DNA of 64,000 bases from positions 42,166,401 to 42,230,400 of the forward strand of contig CM120641.1 in NCBI GenBank assembly GCA_051362555.1, read 5' to 3'. The stretch's first letter is position 1; each line of letters begins with the position of its first letter. The position numbers and the translations under genes are program-made. Origin of the DNA: Lingula anatina (lineage: Eukaryota; Animalia; Brachiopoda). Below, piece by piece: positions 12,529 through 25,766 of this stretch. Under the pieces are notes generated by a model. It was not told the origin of the DNA, made no database searches, and saw nothing but the letters and a program-made list of their open reading frames with translations.

Positions 12529-14642
12529 CTGGGGTTTTTTTTTGTGCACATGTAATTCTCTTTTAATTGTACATCTATATCTGTGCTGGAGTATACATAT
12601 TTTTTTTTTCAGAATTTACATGTATGTACAGTACTGTAGCCAGCATGCAAGTTGAATTGAAACAGTTACTGCATGGTTATTTATAATTTTGTTATAACTC
12701 ACCATCAACTAAAAAAAAACAATGTTTTTTCATTCATTATTCAAGATTTATTCATTACAAAACTATATTCATTAGTGATTATTATTATTAATGATATGTT
12801 TGAATTAGTTTAAAAATGACAATGTATAATATTATTTAGGCTGAGGTGTGCAAAAATATTTCCCCCTCAATCCCCTCCCCCATGTACATGCATAATTAAT
12901 TACAATTTTTGTAATTTGTGTTAATTCAGATTCGATGAGCAGCTTTGTGTTGAAAAAAAAAATTGTTGTTATAACTGTTTTCTTTACATGTATGTAAGTG
13001 ACATTTCCTCCTGTGTCTGTATATTTGCCTTTTTGCAGTGTATTTTTTTTTCATATATACATTGTTTTGTACAAAAAGACAAGGAGTGACCCTTAATTTG
13101 TTACATGTTAGTTGCCAGCAAGGTTATATAATGTGTAATAACTTTGTTTAGGGTTTTAGCACAGAATAAATACTTGAATCTTGAATCTTGTATGTCTTTT
13201 TTTATAGTAATCTTATTGAATAATTAAAAATAATTTAAGAAAAAGAGAAAAAAAAACATTCTGGGCCATATGTGGTCCATGTCTGGCCCTAATCTGGCCC
13301 ATTTGAATATGATCTGGCCCACATCTGGCATGCCATACCTTTGCCAGATATTGCCAGATCTGGGCCGACATCTGGCCATATGAGCAAATGTGGACTGGGC
13401 CAGATGTGGCAATGTCTGGGCCAGATCTGGCCCAAACATTGCCACATCTGGCCCACATGTGGCAAGCCATACGTGGGCCATACCTTTTGCCAGACATTGC
13501 CAGATCTGGGCCAGACGTGGGCCAGATCACTGAGGCTGTCTGGGTTGCTTTTCGTAATGACAAAAATGAAAATGGATGAGTTGTGACACAAATGATCATG
13601 TGTGCACCACAAAAATTAAGTAAAATTAAAAATTTCAGAATTTTGACCGTTGTGAATATTTCACAATCCAGTGATTAAAGTACAAAGCAACCTGTGCTGA
13701 TAACATTCAACCATTACTGTTATGTTTTCAGATATTGTCCCAAGGCAACAATTCACAATCACACACAAAGGACTCAAACATCTTAACCCTTTAATCTTCA
13801 CAATCTTTTTACAAAAACCCAACATAATAGAAAGTGAAAAACTGGGTTAAAACCATCTGCCTCTGCAGTGGTAATGTAATGTTACATTATAACAGTAATG
13901 AGTTTGCCCAGCGTGAGCTATACGGTACTTTCATCGTTATCCTTGAATGAAATTACATCATTAATTTATCAATGGATTTCTGAAGGTTAGTAAAGGAGAC
14001 AGATAATGTGTTTTGTCAGAGGCACTTAGGCTGTGGGAGATATCTCTAACTGAACTAAGTATTATTGCTATCGATTCCAGTCACTGTACACGTGATGATA
14101 ATAATGTAATACTTTCTTTTCAGGAATACAACTCCATGAAAACGGCCCTTTTGCTGCAAAGTATCATGTCAACTAATGTGCTTTAAGCTGTCTTTTTGCA
14201 GTTAACAGTGGTTGGCATCAGTGACTTCATTTGTTTTTCTGAAGCAATCAATGATAACAGTAGTGTCTAAGACTTCTATTTCCCTATTCTATACATGTAT
14301 GGTTACTGTAATATTTCTTTCTGTGCATACTGTATGGTTACTGTAATTTTCCTTTTATTGCTGTAAGTGTGGAATTAAAAGATAATATTGTCTTTTCAGC
14401 ACCCAACCTTACAATGGCTTTTCCCGTACACTCCCACTGACTATACACAAATTTACGAATATTATTCATCTCTTTCATGTGCTTTGCCTACAACTTTGAA
14501 AATGATGGTATATGCATAAATACTGATGTAAACATCACCTTGTTGTCTACAAGAAGGCATAAATGCAATTTATACCTGTCTCTTGTTGTATAGCACAATT
14601 CATACAGGCATAAATGAGGTTTATTCTCTTTTATATACTTAC

Positions 14643-14845
14643 TGTAGTTGGCATCATCCAGCTCTCCCTTGCTGTACACAAGTCCATAATCGGAGATGGC
14701 GCACGTGTGGAACTGCACGCGGAAGATGGTTTCTCGTCTGCTGTCTCCGGGCTGCTTATGGTAACATTTGATGAGTATATCTCCGCGCAGAGGGATGGCT
14801 TGGTCAAAGGACATGCACAACCTGTGCATGCTGTCACTGGCAGCA
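14643..14845 (-). CDS. tns: Tensin C2 exon (…LRGDILIKCYHK…IFRVQFHTCAI…ELDDANY)
   Basis: Within ORF 14488..14856; ccttgtag acceptor, gtaagt donor, phase 2->1. Confidence 0.97.
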
Positions 14846-15099
14846 CTACAAGGCAAATTGAGGAGAAATAATTTTTACAAGCTTTGTCACAAGTGAATGG
14901 GTAAATTACAGCAGAGTAAGTTTCTCTGTACATCAATGCAAAAATAAAAAATTACAGTCTTTCACTTATGATCTATAACTAATGCCATTTAAATCAAGGG
15001 AGACCAAGAAGTTTGGATACTTCACAGCCTGAACAAATACATGTTAAACAAACTGATCCTGTAATGAAAATAACATATACGGCTTTCTACACAACTCAC

Positions 15100-15273
15100 T
15101 ATGTTCCTGAAGTGAAGATGGGTGTCATCCCTTGGTACACCTTGACGAAGGCTCGACAGCCCCCTCTGGAGTCAAAGTTGGGAATCCCATGGATGACCAT
15201 GTGGTGGAGGTACAGGGGGCTACTGTTTATCTTTATTGCACCAGAGAGAAGCCCAGCAAAGTACTCCACATAT
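15100..15273 (-). CDS. tns: Tensin exon, PTP/C2 junction [57 protein letters not shown](Y)
   Basis: ctttcag acceptor, gtgagt donor, phase 2->2. Strong tensin C2 similarity. Confidence 0.97.
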
Positions 15274-16881
15274 CTGAAAGTAAATTATCACAAGATGTAT
15301 TCATGTTTAAAATCACACACACACACACACCTTATAAATGCATTTTTATTGTGCTATATTATGCAAAGAAACTGCAATTCATTAAAAAACTCTTTCTTTA
15401 CCTCAATGAGACATTTTTTTTAAACCTAAGGCTTAATTTTAAATTCAGTAACATATTTATTGTACAGCAAAGTTTAAATGATGAGATGACCCAGATGATC
15501 TTCAGGAAGAACTTAATGTATCAAAAAACTTTAAAATCTATTATCAGACTTATGATAAAAGAATTCCATAATGATTTTCTTTTCTACATGCATTTCCTAT
15601 TCCTTAAAGGTTAATAATGATTTTTATGTCTCCATAAATATTCAAAGTTGACAAAAATCCTCATGAATAATCAATTAACTGGGGGAAATAAAAAGCATAA
15701 GTATTCAATTAGCAGCAGCTTTCTGTAATTACTGTCAGGGTTAAATACTAACTGACATATAAACTGTGAACTTATTTCCATTGCAAATATGGTTGATACT
15801 TTCACTATAGCCTATTAAAACTTTTGCACAGAACATTCTGAACTTTACTACCACTCACAACATTCAATAACCACAGAATAATTTAACTAATGTCTGAGCA
15901 GTATCAAAGGTTCTCATAAAGGATTCATGGCACCCAAATGATTGCAAATTGATGGTATCTACTGGCAATTTCTATTTCCTTGAGGAGAATATTGATGCGA
16001 AATTCCATTTAATTTCCTGGCATTTGTAAAATGCACCTGCCTTCATCGTTTGCCATGTTTTCACTCGATATAATTCCTGTTCATATGACATTTCACACTG
16101 CATGAAAAAACAAGGATGATCTTTTCAGTCTAATACAAGATAATCCTGCTTGTGTAGCTTCAAAAACATGCAGTGATCAAACAAATGTAATTCATTTATT
16201 TATTCACTAGAATTGCCATTATTTAATTGACTAACTATTGACAAATTTATAAAAGCTAATTCAAAAGCTCTTGTGCATTTGTTGCATTCTGCATCTTCAA
16301 AAGTTTGACAGCTATTCATTCCCAGACCAATGGACTGATCAATACAGGTTCCAATAACTATCTTCTACAATCTCTCCCCATCATCCATCATCTGTTCAAT
16401 TCTGCTTCATCCATAAATCTATAACATAACATCCAATTGCAACAGGGTCTTTTGGGGGTACAGCTTTATAGGTTATTACAGATATCTCATAACTATTGGT
16501 TGGGAATATAGTAATATAATAGAAATTGGGACAGCTGTTGATTTTTAATTGAAATTGGTCATCTGTAATTGGTATTGACCAGGTTGAATTGGGCAGTTGG
16601 GTTTTGAATTGAGAGATATATTATGATGGATGCTCTTCCCTGTCAAGATAATGCAGGCTTTCTAGATGGACAATGTCTTAGTTAAGTTAGCTGGTACTGC
16701 TTACTAGTACTGCCTTTGGTTGAGTAATACAATGAGGACTTGGCTTTTGCCAACCACTCAAAAATTATTTGACCCTTGCACAAGTAAGCAGCTCAACTTG
16801 TCGGTTATAGTTATTAATCTTATCTATTTGATTTCTTTATTATTTTGACTTAAACTCATCATGAAACTGTTCTATACCTAC

Positions 16882-16956
16882 CTCTGTTGTGATGGGTGTA
16901 AAGTTTTGTCATCACAGAACTTTTTCATAGCATATCTGTCTAATGCCTGGTCAGCA
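16882..16956 (-). CDS. tns: Tensin exon (S)ADQALDRYAMKKFCDDKTLHPSQQ(R)
   Basis: cttttcag acceptor, AG|gtaggt donor, phase 2->2. Conserved ADQALDR and PSQxR. Confidence 0.96.
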
Positions 16957-17559
16957 CTGAAAAGACAAGAGATATTTATCTTTTTACATATCTCAATAGT
17001 AACAAAATAAATGTGACAAAGCTAAAATTCTACATTTTTATTTGAAAATTAAATTTATTAAACAAAAATAAATAATATCTGTTAACTTATATAAAGAATT
17101 GAAACATGGAAACTCTCTGTAGTTTTATTTTTCATATAACTGTCTGATAAAACAGAGGTAAACAGTTTGTGTACCCCATAAATACCAAGTGTCTTAACTG
17201 ATTCTAAAATGTCTTTTCATAAAAAAAGAAAGAAACTTTTCAAAAAACCCACTCTCTCTTGTAAAATTTTGACTACAAAAAACGTTTTTGACATTTTCTT
17301 CCACAACATCCTGGTAAAAGGAAGTGGTTCCAGTGGTTACCATGCGGTTTATATTTTGACATTTTCAATAGGAACTAATCATTTCCCCTGTAACATTCCT
17401 TTACTGTGGCTAATTTACCACTAATTAACTTCTGTTTAGAACACAAAACAAAACCAAATGCTGAGGCCATTTCTCCTCAAATATCTTAGTGGTTTTGAGA
17501 GGCCAGTAGAAAATTTTTTCAAAACATTCCTCCTATAAAGCAGGAAACTAAGTTTCCTA

Positions 17560-18400
17560 TTATAATGTTGACAAAAATGACTTCATGACAAGTGCCAATA
17601 GTTGACAGTGATACTTCCACTGACTAAAATACAAAACTTTTAGCGACAGCTGGAAAAAAGTTCATCAGGCTAAATATTACAAAGCACCTAATCATTTTGG
17701 TAAAAGCCAAGAGAAGAGACATACTGTTGACAAAAACTGTCCCCTAATGAAAAAGACCAATTGTAAACAGTGACACTTCTACTGATGAAAGCTGAACTTT
17801 AAATGACAGACACAAAATAACATTAATCAGGTTATTTCTGAAATAGTGCCCTAGTCAATAAGGTTGACAACCTTTACAGTGCCATTTTATATATGGGGAC
17901 AAGTAGTGTCTTTATGACAAAGATACATCAATAGCACTGACATTTTCAATCTTTATTATTTTTAATTTAGGTGACAGCTCCGGAAATTAAATCAGCTTAA
18001 AATGTAATGTAGTGCCCAAGTCAAAAAGGGCATACCATGGCAGAAAGGTGCTCTTTTAACTTAAGTTTTTTTTTTTAACTGAACATAAAATGTCAAAAAA
18101 TTTTAATCCTTAAGAAAAAAAAAGAGGACAAAAGATAGAAAATTGAGGCACAGCATGATTGTCCAGCATCTTAAATAAAATTTGGAGAGAGAGAAATTTC
18201 TGTTTCTGTCAAAATATGAGGCAAGCTAGTTGGGTATAAAAACACACTTTTCCTCACTGTAAAAAGGAAATGCTGACAAAGATAATACTATTATTCAATA
18301 TCACACTTGTACTGAGAGCTGCAAAAAAGTTTATCAGTTTAAGTATCATGTTCTACCTGAGCCAATAAAAGAAGTTTGTTTGACACTTAGAACAATCTTT
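17560..18400. repeat. Highly degenerate tandem repeat, ~160-175-bp period
   Basis: Recurring tgttgacaaaa…acagtgaYacttcYactga…gacag…atcagg…agtgcc/agcacc…gtca blocks near 17565, 17724, 17895 and 18270. Confidence 0.55.
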
Positions 18401-18536
18401 TATTGTTTAAAGGTGGGGGGAATGACACCTGAATTAATCAATATGACATTAACTTTGACAGCCCCATCTATCAAAATGCCAAAGATGGATCACAACTTTC
18501 ACCTAAACACTGGGCATTGTATTAAGAAGCCACTTT

Positions 18537-18579
18537 TATTATTATTATAATTATTATTGTTATTATTATTATTATTATT
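18537..18579. repeat. Imperfect (ATT)n microsatellite
   Basis: tattattattataattattattgttattattattattattatt. Confidence 0.9.
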
Positions 18580-19265
18580 TCCACTTCTTTCTTTGAACTG
18601 ATGGGCAACTGGTGCAGTTATCACTTATGCCCACTCACTAATATTCTGTTGATATGATGTATTTTTGGCATTTGCAAATGGTTTTCTATATTTAAATTTC
18701 ATCTCAAGCAACTACTGTCATTAATTAGCTTTGTTTCTCAGGCTGAACCTTTTATTATTTCTCACGTTAAACTTGTCTTTCACTGAAGCCTGAGTGTTGG
18801 TGCACTGATGGAAGATTTGCACAGAACCTGATATGTATTTATTGGTGAACCTTTTATTAATCATATCAAACAGCATTGTAGACAGAGAAGTAACCACAGA
18901 TACCTGTGTGGTCTCTTCTTGAATTACAATGACCCCTATGAACCATATGCCCCATCTGAATAGAGATCTGATTCTTTGATTGTTCCACCTTGAATTTCAG
19001 TAAACTAACATTGTATTCTTCATCTCTCTGTTCAAACTTAAATGACCTCGTTTGCCCCGATTACATAGCAAACCTAGTTCAGTCATGTAACAGCCCTTCA
19101 CCTTAAGAGGACAACCCCCACTTTATACTGAAGGGCCAGAAAATATGATAGGACAAACTTTGTCCACCGACCTGCCTCTACAATCATGGTCAAAAAATTT
19201 TTAAAGGCAAACCTTCCTATAACAATTATGGCTTGGTGGAGGTTGGTGTTGTACTAAAGACTCAC

Positions 19266-19453
19266 CTGGCACAAATATTGCTGTAATGCATGTATGCAGC
19301 CACCACAACTGCTGTGCGGTTTTCCCCACCCTTGCAATGGAGGACCACGACATTGCGCAGGTCGGAGGAAAGCCAGGAGTCTATGGACTTGCAGATACTG
19401 CAGAGCCGCTCCAATGGAGGAGCCAGGGTGTCTGGCCAACCATAGTCTAGCAC
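19266..19453 (-). CDS. tns: Tensin PTP exon with WPD loop and P-loop (VLDYGWPD...[28 protein letters not shown])
   Basis: ORF 19262..19453; attctag acceptor, AG|gtgagt donor, phase 0->2. Confidence 0.97.
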
Positions 19454-21843
19454 CTAGAATGCAAAATGCTTCAATTTAACATAATAACATAATGAAAAAC
19501 AGTTGTACAATTTATGGTTTTTTCAGTGTTCACCAAATAATCCTATTCATTTAACATTTTTGCAATTTTTTCACTGACATTTCATCTTCCTTTGAAGGTT
19601 TATAAATAATCTATAAAGCCATCATTTTTACGAAATAAAAAGCCATCTTCATGGGCAAAACAAACAAATGAGAACATTACTTATTTACAAACATTTATCA
19701 ATTAGAGCTCATTGCTAAAACAATGAACAAACTATTATTTCAAAGCATATGTGGCTATCAAAACGTGGGTTTTCTACAGCAAAGAAAGCATGACAACCAA
19801 GTCTATATATGGTTCAAACAGTTGTGCAAACAGCTGAAGTGTAATCAATGAACTTGTAACCACAAATGACATCAATCAAATTCTGATGTCATTAAGCTTA
19901 TTTAATTCATGCAATATCAATAACTTTTCTCAGAAAGTGTAATTGCTTCCATTAAAATGGCGCCTGTGAGAACTGATATAATTTAAAGGAAGTAACAAAT
20001 CAATTGATGACTTTCAAAATTCAGAATAATATGTCCAAAATATGCATACAGAAAGCAGGTCCATTGTTACCTTTGATAACACTACTGGAAAATTTAACAC
20101 TTTTATCAACAGCAAAGGGTTAGGACTTAAAATTTATTCAAGATATCATAAATTGAAAACTTTGTAATGCTATATACAGTCACACAAAAATCTAAAAGAA
20201 AAATCTCCCCTAACACATATCTAACCATCACCAATGGAACCAAAATATTACTCTCTCCTTTCACAAATATCTCCCACTACTATCTCCAATTTCTCGCTCG
20301 TTTGTTTTTCTTAAGCCTCTAAGTCAACAGTTGTGAAAAAAGAAATAATTAGTTATCAACATTTGCCGTAACCTAAGAGTAAACGAGAATGGATCCCCAT
20401 TTACTGCACAGTTATTGTGTTAACTATCACACTTTTATCTCCACCCTTTGGGCAATGTTGATATCCTGACTCGGGTGTTATTTTTACCTGAGGACAGTGA
20501 AAATAAAAACATAGTTAGGAACTGCTAACAGTGACACGTCTCTGACAAAAGCAGGCCACGTTTGTTTTGACAAAGTATAAAGCATTCAGTGAACCCCAAT
20601 TAGCAGCTTGACTGGGGACAGCTCTTATTTCTTAAAGGGCCCCAAATAGGACATAGGCAGTGTCCAGAAAAGAGCCACAACTTTAGCCAACTTTGTTTTA
20701 AACATAATTATAAATTCTAAGTTTATCACAAACAAAACACTGTCATTAATTTTTCAGAGTTTCAAGTCCATATCAAATGGCCTCTTGTTCTGTGATGACA
20801 ATAGTTGAAATACAAAACTACAATATACTACCGCAGAAACATTTCGCTTCTTTTTCTTTAATTGGCAGATCTGGGTCTGATTACAGTTTTAAACAGGAAA
20901 CTCAGCCCCCTCCACCCTCTGAACAAAAAGAGTTCACAAGAATGTAGGCATTTTACATTCTTCACCAGGGTGGAGGGCTGGAAATATCTTTTCGGTTTAC
21001 ATACAGCACCACTGAACTGGGAAGACTCTTACCCCTTCCATTTGTAAAAATGTTCTCGACATTTGTGCGTTTTTGTTAAAAAATTTCAAAGATAATAACA
21101 GCTACTGTGCTTTTGACATGGTGCTGCAAGTCATAAAAAAAATCCTGTAGCATGAAAACAACTTCAGTAGCCTTGCCCTGTAATATCTCTTCTGTGTCTT
21201 CCTAACTCCCTATTCCTACATATACTTTGTTCATGATATGTGACTGCTAAGACTACCCCCCCCCCCTCATCCCCTTGATCTACCACCAGCAACACCATAC
21301 AAAAAGACAAATGCAAAAATACTTTAAATAACAAAGTTGTCCCCAGGAAGGATTACATTAATACTGTATTATGTGGATAAAAACAAGTAATTTCACAATA
21401 CACACAAACAGGCACAAGCAACAAATATTGAAAGGTTAAGTACTTCTTAGTTCTTCAGACAATTAAAAGCTGGGTTTGAGGGCAGGATAAATGCCACTGT
21501 AATATTGCGGTACAAAGCAGGAAATTCTTTTCAAAGGCAGCAAGAGCTTATAAGAAAAGGAAAAAAAATTGAAGCATAAAACAAATTTAACCTTTCAATT
21601 CCCAAGCTGGGAAAAAGAAAGTAATGACTGGCGTAATGTGGACATATTATTCCAAACATTTCATCAGGGAAAACAACGTCCAATTTATGCTGCCATTACT
21701 GGTAAATAAAATCTGAATTGCATGAGGAGAGCAATTGAGACAAGGAACCCACTTCTGGCCAGATCATACTATACACAAACCAAAAAATATTATATTCTCA
21801 TAAAACATTAAATGCTTCCAATTGATTTTTCACATTATTTTAC

Positions 21844-21894
21844 CTGATTATTTTCCTTTGACAGATCCCGTCTCTTGTCGGACAGATTAATGAT
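21844..21894 (-). CDS. tns: Tensin PTP exon IINLSDKRRDLSKENNQ
   Basis: ttccag acceptor, CAG|gtaaa donor, phase 0->0. NLSxxRxDL motif. Confidence 0.95.
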
Positions 21895-22408
21895 CTGGAA
21901 AATATTAAAAGTAACTTCATCATTGATGGGAAAAAATTATCCAAGAAATCAATAGAGATTGAATTAGGGAACCACAGTTCCCCGGCTATGGTTACAGAGT
22001 GTTCTCATTTGATTGGCAACTTCTCTGTTGTGAAACGATCGAGTAATTGGGATGAGGGGGGTTGGACTATATCTTATGTTCTATTGCCATAGCAACTTCC
22101 ATATCAGAACTTCGATTTTATTGAACTTGACAGTAAATGAAAATTATTGGAGTCAGACAAAATAGTAGTTGATGGCAACTGATATGGATATAGTTAGACT
22201 GTCTTAAACTGAAAAGCAGAAATTGACATAAAAAAACATCATTATTAGCTTTACTTGTGAAATTTCTATGAAATTGTATGAGGGAAGTGTATCGGTATTG
22301 TTTAAACTATTTCTCTGAATTATAGCAATGTCTGAAGCACACAGACTTTGCACTGTGCAACAAAAATCCTTTCTCTTAAAGGAAGTTATTTTTTTCCTTT
22401 GAAATTAC

Positions 22409-22506
22409 CATATAATTTTCTCCATGTTTAGTTTTCAACATGCGAGTGCCTTCTCTCACGTTATTCCTGTATGTAGCCTCATTGCTCTCCGAGGTAAAGG
22501 TCATGG
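22409..22506 (-). CDS. tns: Tensin PTP exon AMTFTSESNEATYRNNVREGTRMLKTKHGENYM
   Basis: ttttacttgcag acceptor, gtaatt donor, phase 1->0. MLKxKHGxNY motif. Confidence 0.96.
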
Positions 22507-23896
22507 CTGCAAGTAAAAAAGAGATCGAAACATGTTAACTTTAGTAGAACACCAAGGGTAAACACTGGTGCACATCACACGTTTTCCTTCATGGCCATCT
22601 AGGGTAAGCCATCAACATGCAACCTGGTTAATTTACTCCGAGCACCTGGTCTGAATTTACCTGTTGGTCAGGTACGAGTGGGCTTTAGTAGTGTACACCT
22701 CTCTGTCTTTAATATCACTTCCTTTCATCAAACAGATATGACCTGTCAGGTTAAGAAGGAAAAAAAAAGGCTACAGAAAAAGTGTTTCTCTCTAAAGATG
22801 TGTTCCCTTTCATCTATCCTTACCTGTAAGGTAAAAGAAAAGGAAAACATGGTTGATACACATAACGTACTACATGTTCCTCTTTGAAGATCAGATTCTT
22901 TTCAAGTATTCACCTCTTTCGTCAAAACTAATCTGCATTTCTGTCTGCCTGAGACTACAGTTTCTCTTTCTGAACATGTTTTTCTTTCATCTTTAACAAA
23001 TTTGACCAAGATCTTACAAAGTAAATCTGCTAGATGTACTTTATTTTCCTACATCAAAATGCATTTCTGCAATGAGACAGAACGATACATCAAGCAATAA
23101 GAAGTAACTACAATTAGCAATTAAGTTAAAAGCTTCTCCCATTTTGTGCTATTATTACCTGCTGGGAGAGAATCACAAGTTTCATTATCTCTCAAAATAT
23201 GCATTTTTCATAACTTTTCTTAATTGTGGTCTTACAACTGCTGATTGAATTAATGATGCATTTTTTTTTTCACTTGCCATCATATCCCATACATTTTGCC
23301 TTGACTGACTTCTCAATAAGCATCATACTTTGGTACAGTTACCAACTTAACTCACTACATTTAACAAGAGCTAAATATATCTCTGGACTTGAGAACATCT
23401 CCCGTTCTCATTCATGCTTCCCAGGTAAATTAACCAAGCTAATTACAAATATATCTGCCCCAACAGGTGCAACCTTCTATCCAATGGTCGATGAAACATG
23501 TCATAAAAAGGAGCACAAATAAATTAGGGTTTCAATGAAGTTTTGAACCTAACTACTCTGTTGAGGCATTACAAGCAAGTTCACAGTATGTAGGTACATG
23601 GGTTCGTACTATAGTTAGTAGCAAACTTTTACTAGAGTTCAAGAGAATTTAAATATGCCACCTCAAATACGAGAGATATATTGTATTTGTTACTATGAGA
23701 TAAAATCTTACTATTGTAACTGACCTTCAGGAAGACAGTGTGCAGCTAGTTTAGTTTTTGAACTTAAAGACTATATGCCATTAGGTATGGATTAATTTTT
23801 ACACATGACTGTATGTTCATGGTACTGAAACTCAGGGTGCAAGTCCAATAAGTAAATTACCATTTTCATCAAAATCTATAATCAAACTCTACTCAC

Positions 23897-23955
23897 CAAT
23901 GATCCTCTCTGTTATATACGTCAGATCCATGTCAAACTGTTCTCCGCGTCTTCGG
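23897..23955 (-). CDS. tns: Tensin exon, PTP domain start RRRGEQFDMDLTYITERII
   Basis: ttctgttgcag acceptor, G|gtgagt donor, phase 2->1. DLTYITERII is the PTEN/tensin motif. Confidence 0.96.
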
Positions 23956-23978
23956 CTGCAACAGAACATAGACGCCAT
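23956..23978 (-). CDS. tns: Candidate 5' extension / alternative start MASMFCCS, in frame with the first PTP exon
   Basis: aatcATGG (A at -3, G at +4) reads in frame through the internal acceptor; in-frame TAA shortly upstream. Confidence 0.5.
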
Positions 23979-24236
23979 GATTTGATAGCATTTATTTTAA
24001 TATCTAAACTACTGCTGTTGGAACCCTGTGCCAAAATAAGATTTCCACCTGTGCCTGTGTTAATATCAACCTCCTTGGGTCCTCAGCACCACCTGTGTTA
24101 ATACTAAGCACTATGTGTTCTCTTCCTGTTCACTCTGCCATACAGTTCTAGCCTATATGCAGGCTAAGTTATTGACTCTCTCGATATACATCCACGCAAC
24201 ACACACAATGTCCTAACACCAGCAGGTTCTGGTGGA

Positions 24237-24253
24237 GGCACTAGATGGCACTG
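24237..24253 (+). promoter_or_regulatory. CTCF-like binding motif
   Basis: ggCACTAGATGGCACTG is close to the CCASYAGRKGGCRSY consensus (one mismatch). It lies ~260 bp upstream of the candidate ATG at 23978. Confidence 0.4.
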
Positions 24254-25211
24254 CATTGCCTTGAAATATTTTCGCCGACAGTTCCATCATTAACGGGTTT
24301 AATCAACAAGGACATTTGTTGATAACTGCGCTTAGTATTTTGAGCTACCTCTTGCAGTTTCATCATTAATTGGTTTTATCCATGACATTGGAAAACAATG
24401 CCAATTCTGAGCATAATTCAAAAGCTTCCAGGCTTGTATTGTGTATGTGGTATGTGGTGGTTTTTCCAAGTAACACGTACTGATATTGTTTGAAAACATA
24501 CTGGAAGTTCAAACAGAACACAACTATCCTATAAAAGCTGCAAATGCCCAGATGAAAACTGGATTGGCAATGCTATAAAAACCATCTGGTTACCTCCAAC
24601 AGTCATCTAAATCTCAAGGGTTTTTTAGAAACCTATTGGCAAATGTTTTGAAGATTTTCTAATAGTTCCCTAATAAACAGACTAAATATCTTACTGAGAT
24701 GCTCAGTAGAGAGTTACACTGGTAATTATATAAAAGCTCTCAACTTCTTGCAGCCACAAAAAGGATTCTAAGCTACAAACAGAGTTTGCAATAGTTCCAG
24801 CCATTGCAGGCACAATGTTTAGAATAACCCTTGATATCAAAAAGCTTCAAAAACACTCATGCATTGCAAGCAGATGGGTGAACCCTTATTGGGTTCTTAT
24901 GGTAATAGCAAGCCTATTCTGTTATTTATGATCAGGAAGAGTCTGGACGGTTTTGTGTGTGTGTGTGTGTGAGTGTGCACGTATGCATGCATGTGTAGAT
25001 GTCAGGATAGGTATGTGGTGTGGTGAAGTTTTTCAAAATGCATGTAAATTCATATATATAAGCAGCAATATTTTAATTGTAAACATTTTAGCCACAATCA
25101 AGAAATTTCATTCCTCTTGGTCCTATGGCAAATCTCAAAGGCCATGAGAATAGCCAATGTCTTGTTACTGCTCTTTAAGTACTGAGAAACATATCCTGAT
25201 TGTGAGTACAT

Positions 25212-25766
25212 ATACCCCGTTCACACTACGCTCAGTTATCCGGATAAATTGCGAATTAGGTCACAATTCGAATAAATGCAGTAGTGTGAACGCAAGAGGA
25301 TTTTTGTAATGCGCATTTTCAAAATCCTGCAAGCGAGGTGGATTTCTAAGCGCGATCCGGATAACTTACCGGAATCGACACCTGTACAGATCTAACTGCG
25401 CATGTGTGCAGATAAGTGCGGGTATCTATGAACGCTTGTTTATTACTTTAGCGATTGCACCAAACGTATTTGGAGGCCACCACTCACTACAACATGAGGA
25501 AACAAACTTATTTTGCCATCTTATACTTCTCAAGAATGCTGGAATGTCTTTAGAGTTGCATTTGTCGTCACAAATTTTTGTTGGTATTTTAAGATTTCCT
25601 GTGCGGCGCATGCGTGAGTGTTCAAAACAGGAAGTTAAACCTGAAATTTTCAACGTGTAATTCGGTTTCGCTTAGCGTGTGTGAACGCAATACCGAATCG
25701 AATTCCTCACGAAAAATTCGGATTATAGAAATGCGCATTTTTGCAACTGTAGTGTGAATGGGGTAT
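25212..25766. mobile_element. MITE, PIF/Harbinger-like, ~555 bp
   Basis: TIRs ataccccgttcacactac and gtagtgtgaatggggtat (one CpG-type mismatch). Internal partial TIR copies near 25280 and 25677; CpG-rich relative to the flanks. Confidence 0.82.

Larger units (their letters stand above)
10713..13544. mobile_element. Non-autonomous TIR DNA transposon, probably CMC/EnSpm-type, ~2.8 kb
   Basis: Left end cccagacagcctcagtaatctggcccacgtctggcccagatctggcaa is the near-perfect reverse complement of the right end at 13497-13544. Both ends carry 220-290 bp of palindromic gccagatctgg(g)c subterminal repeats. TT flanks both ends (2-bp TSD). No transposase seen. Confidence 0.88.
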
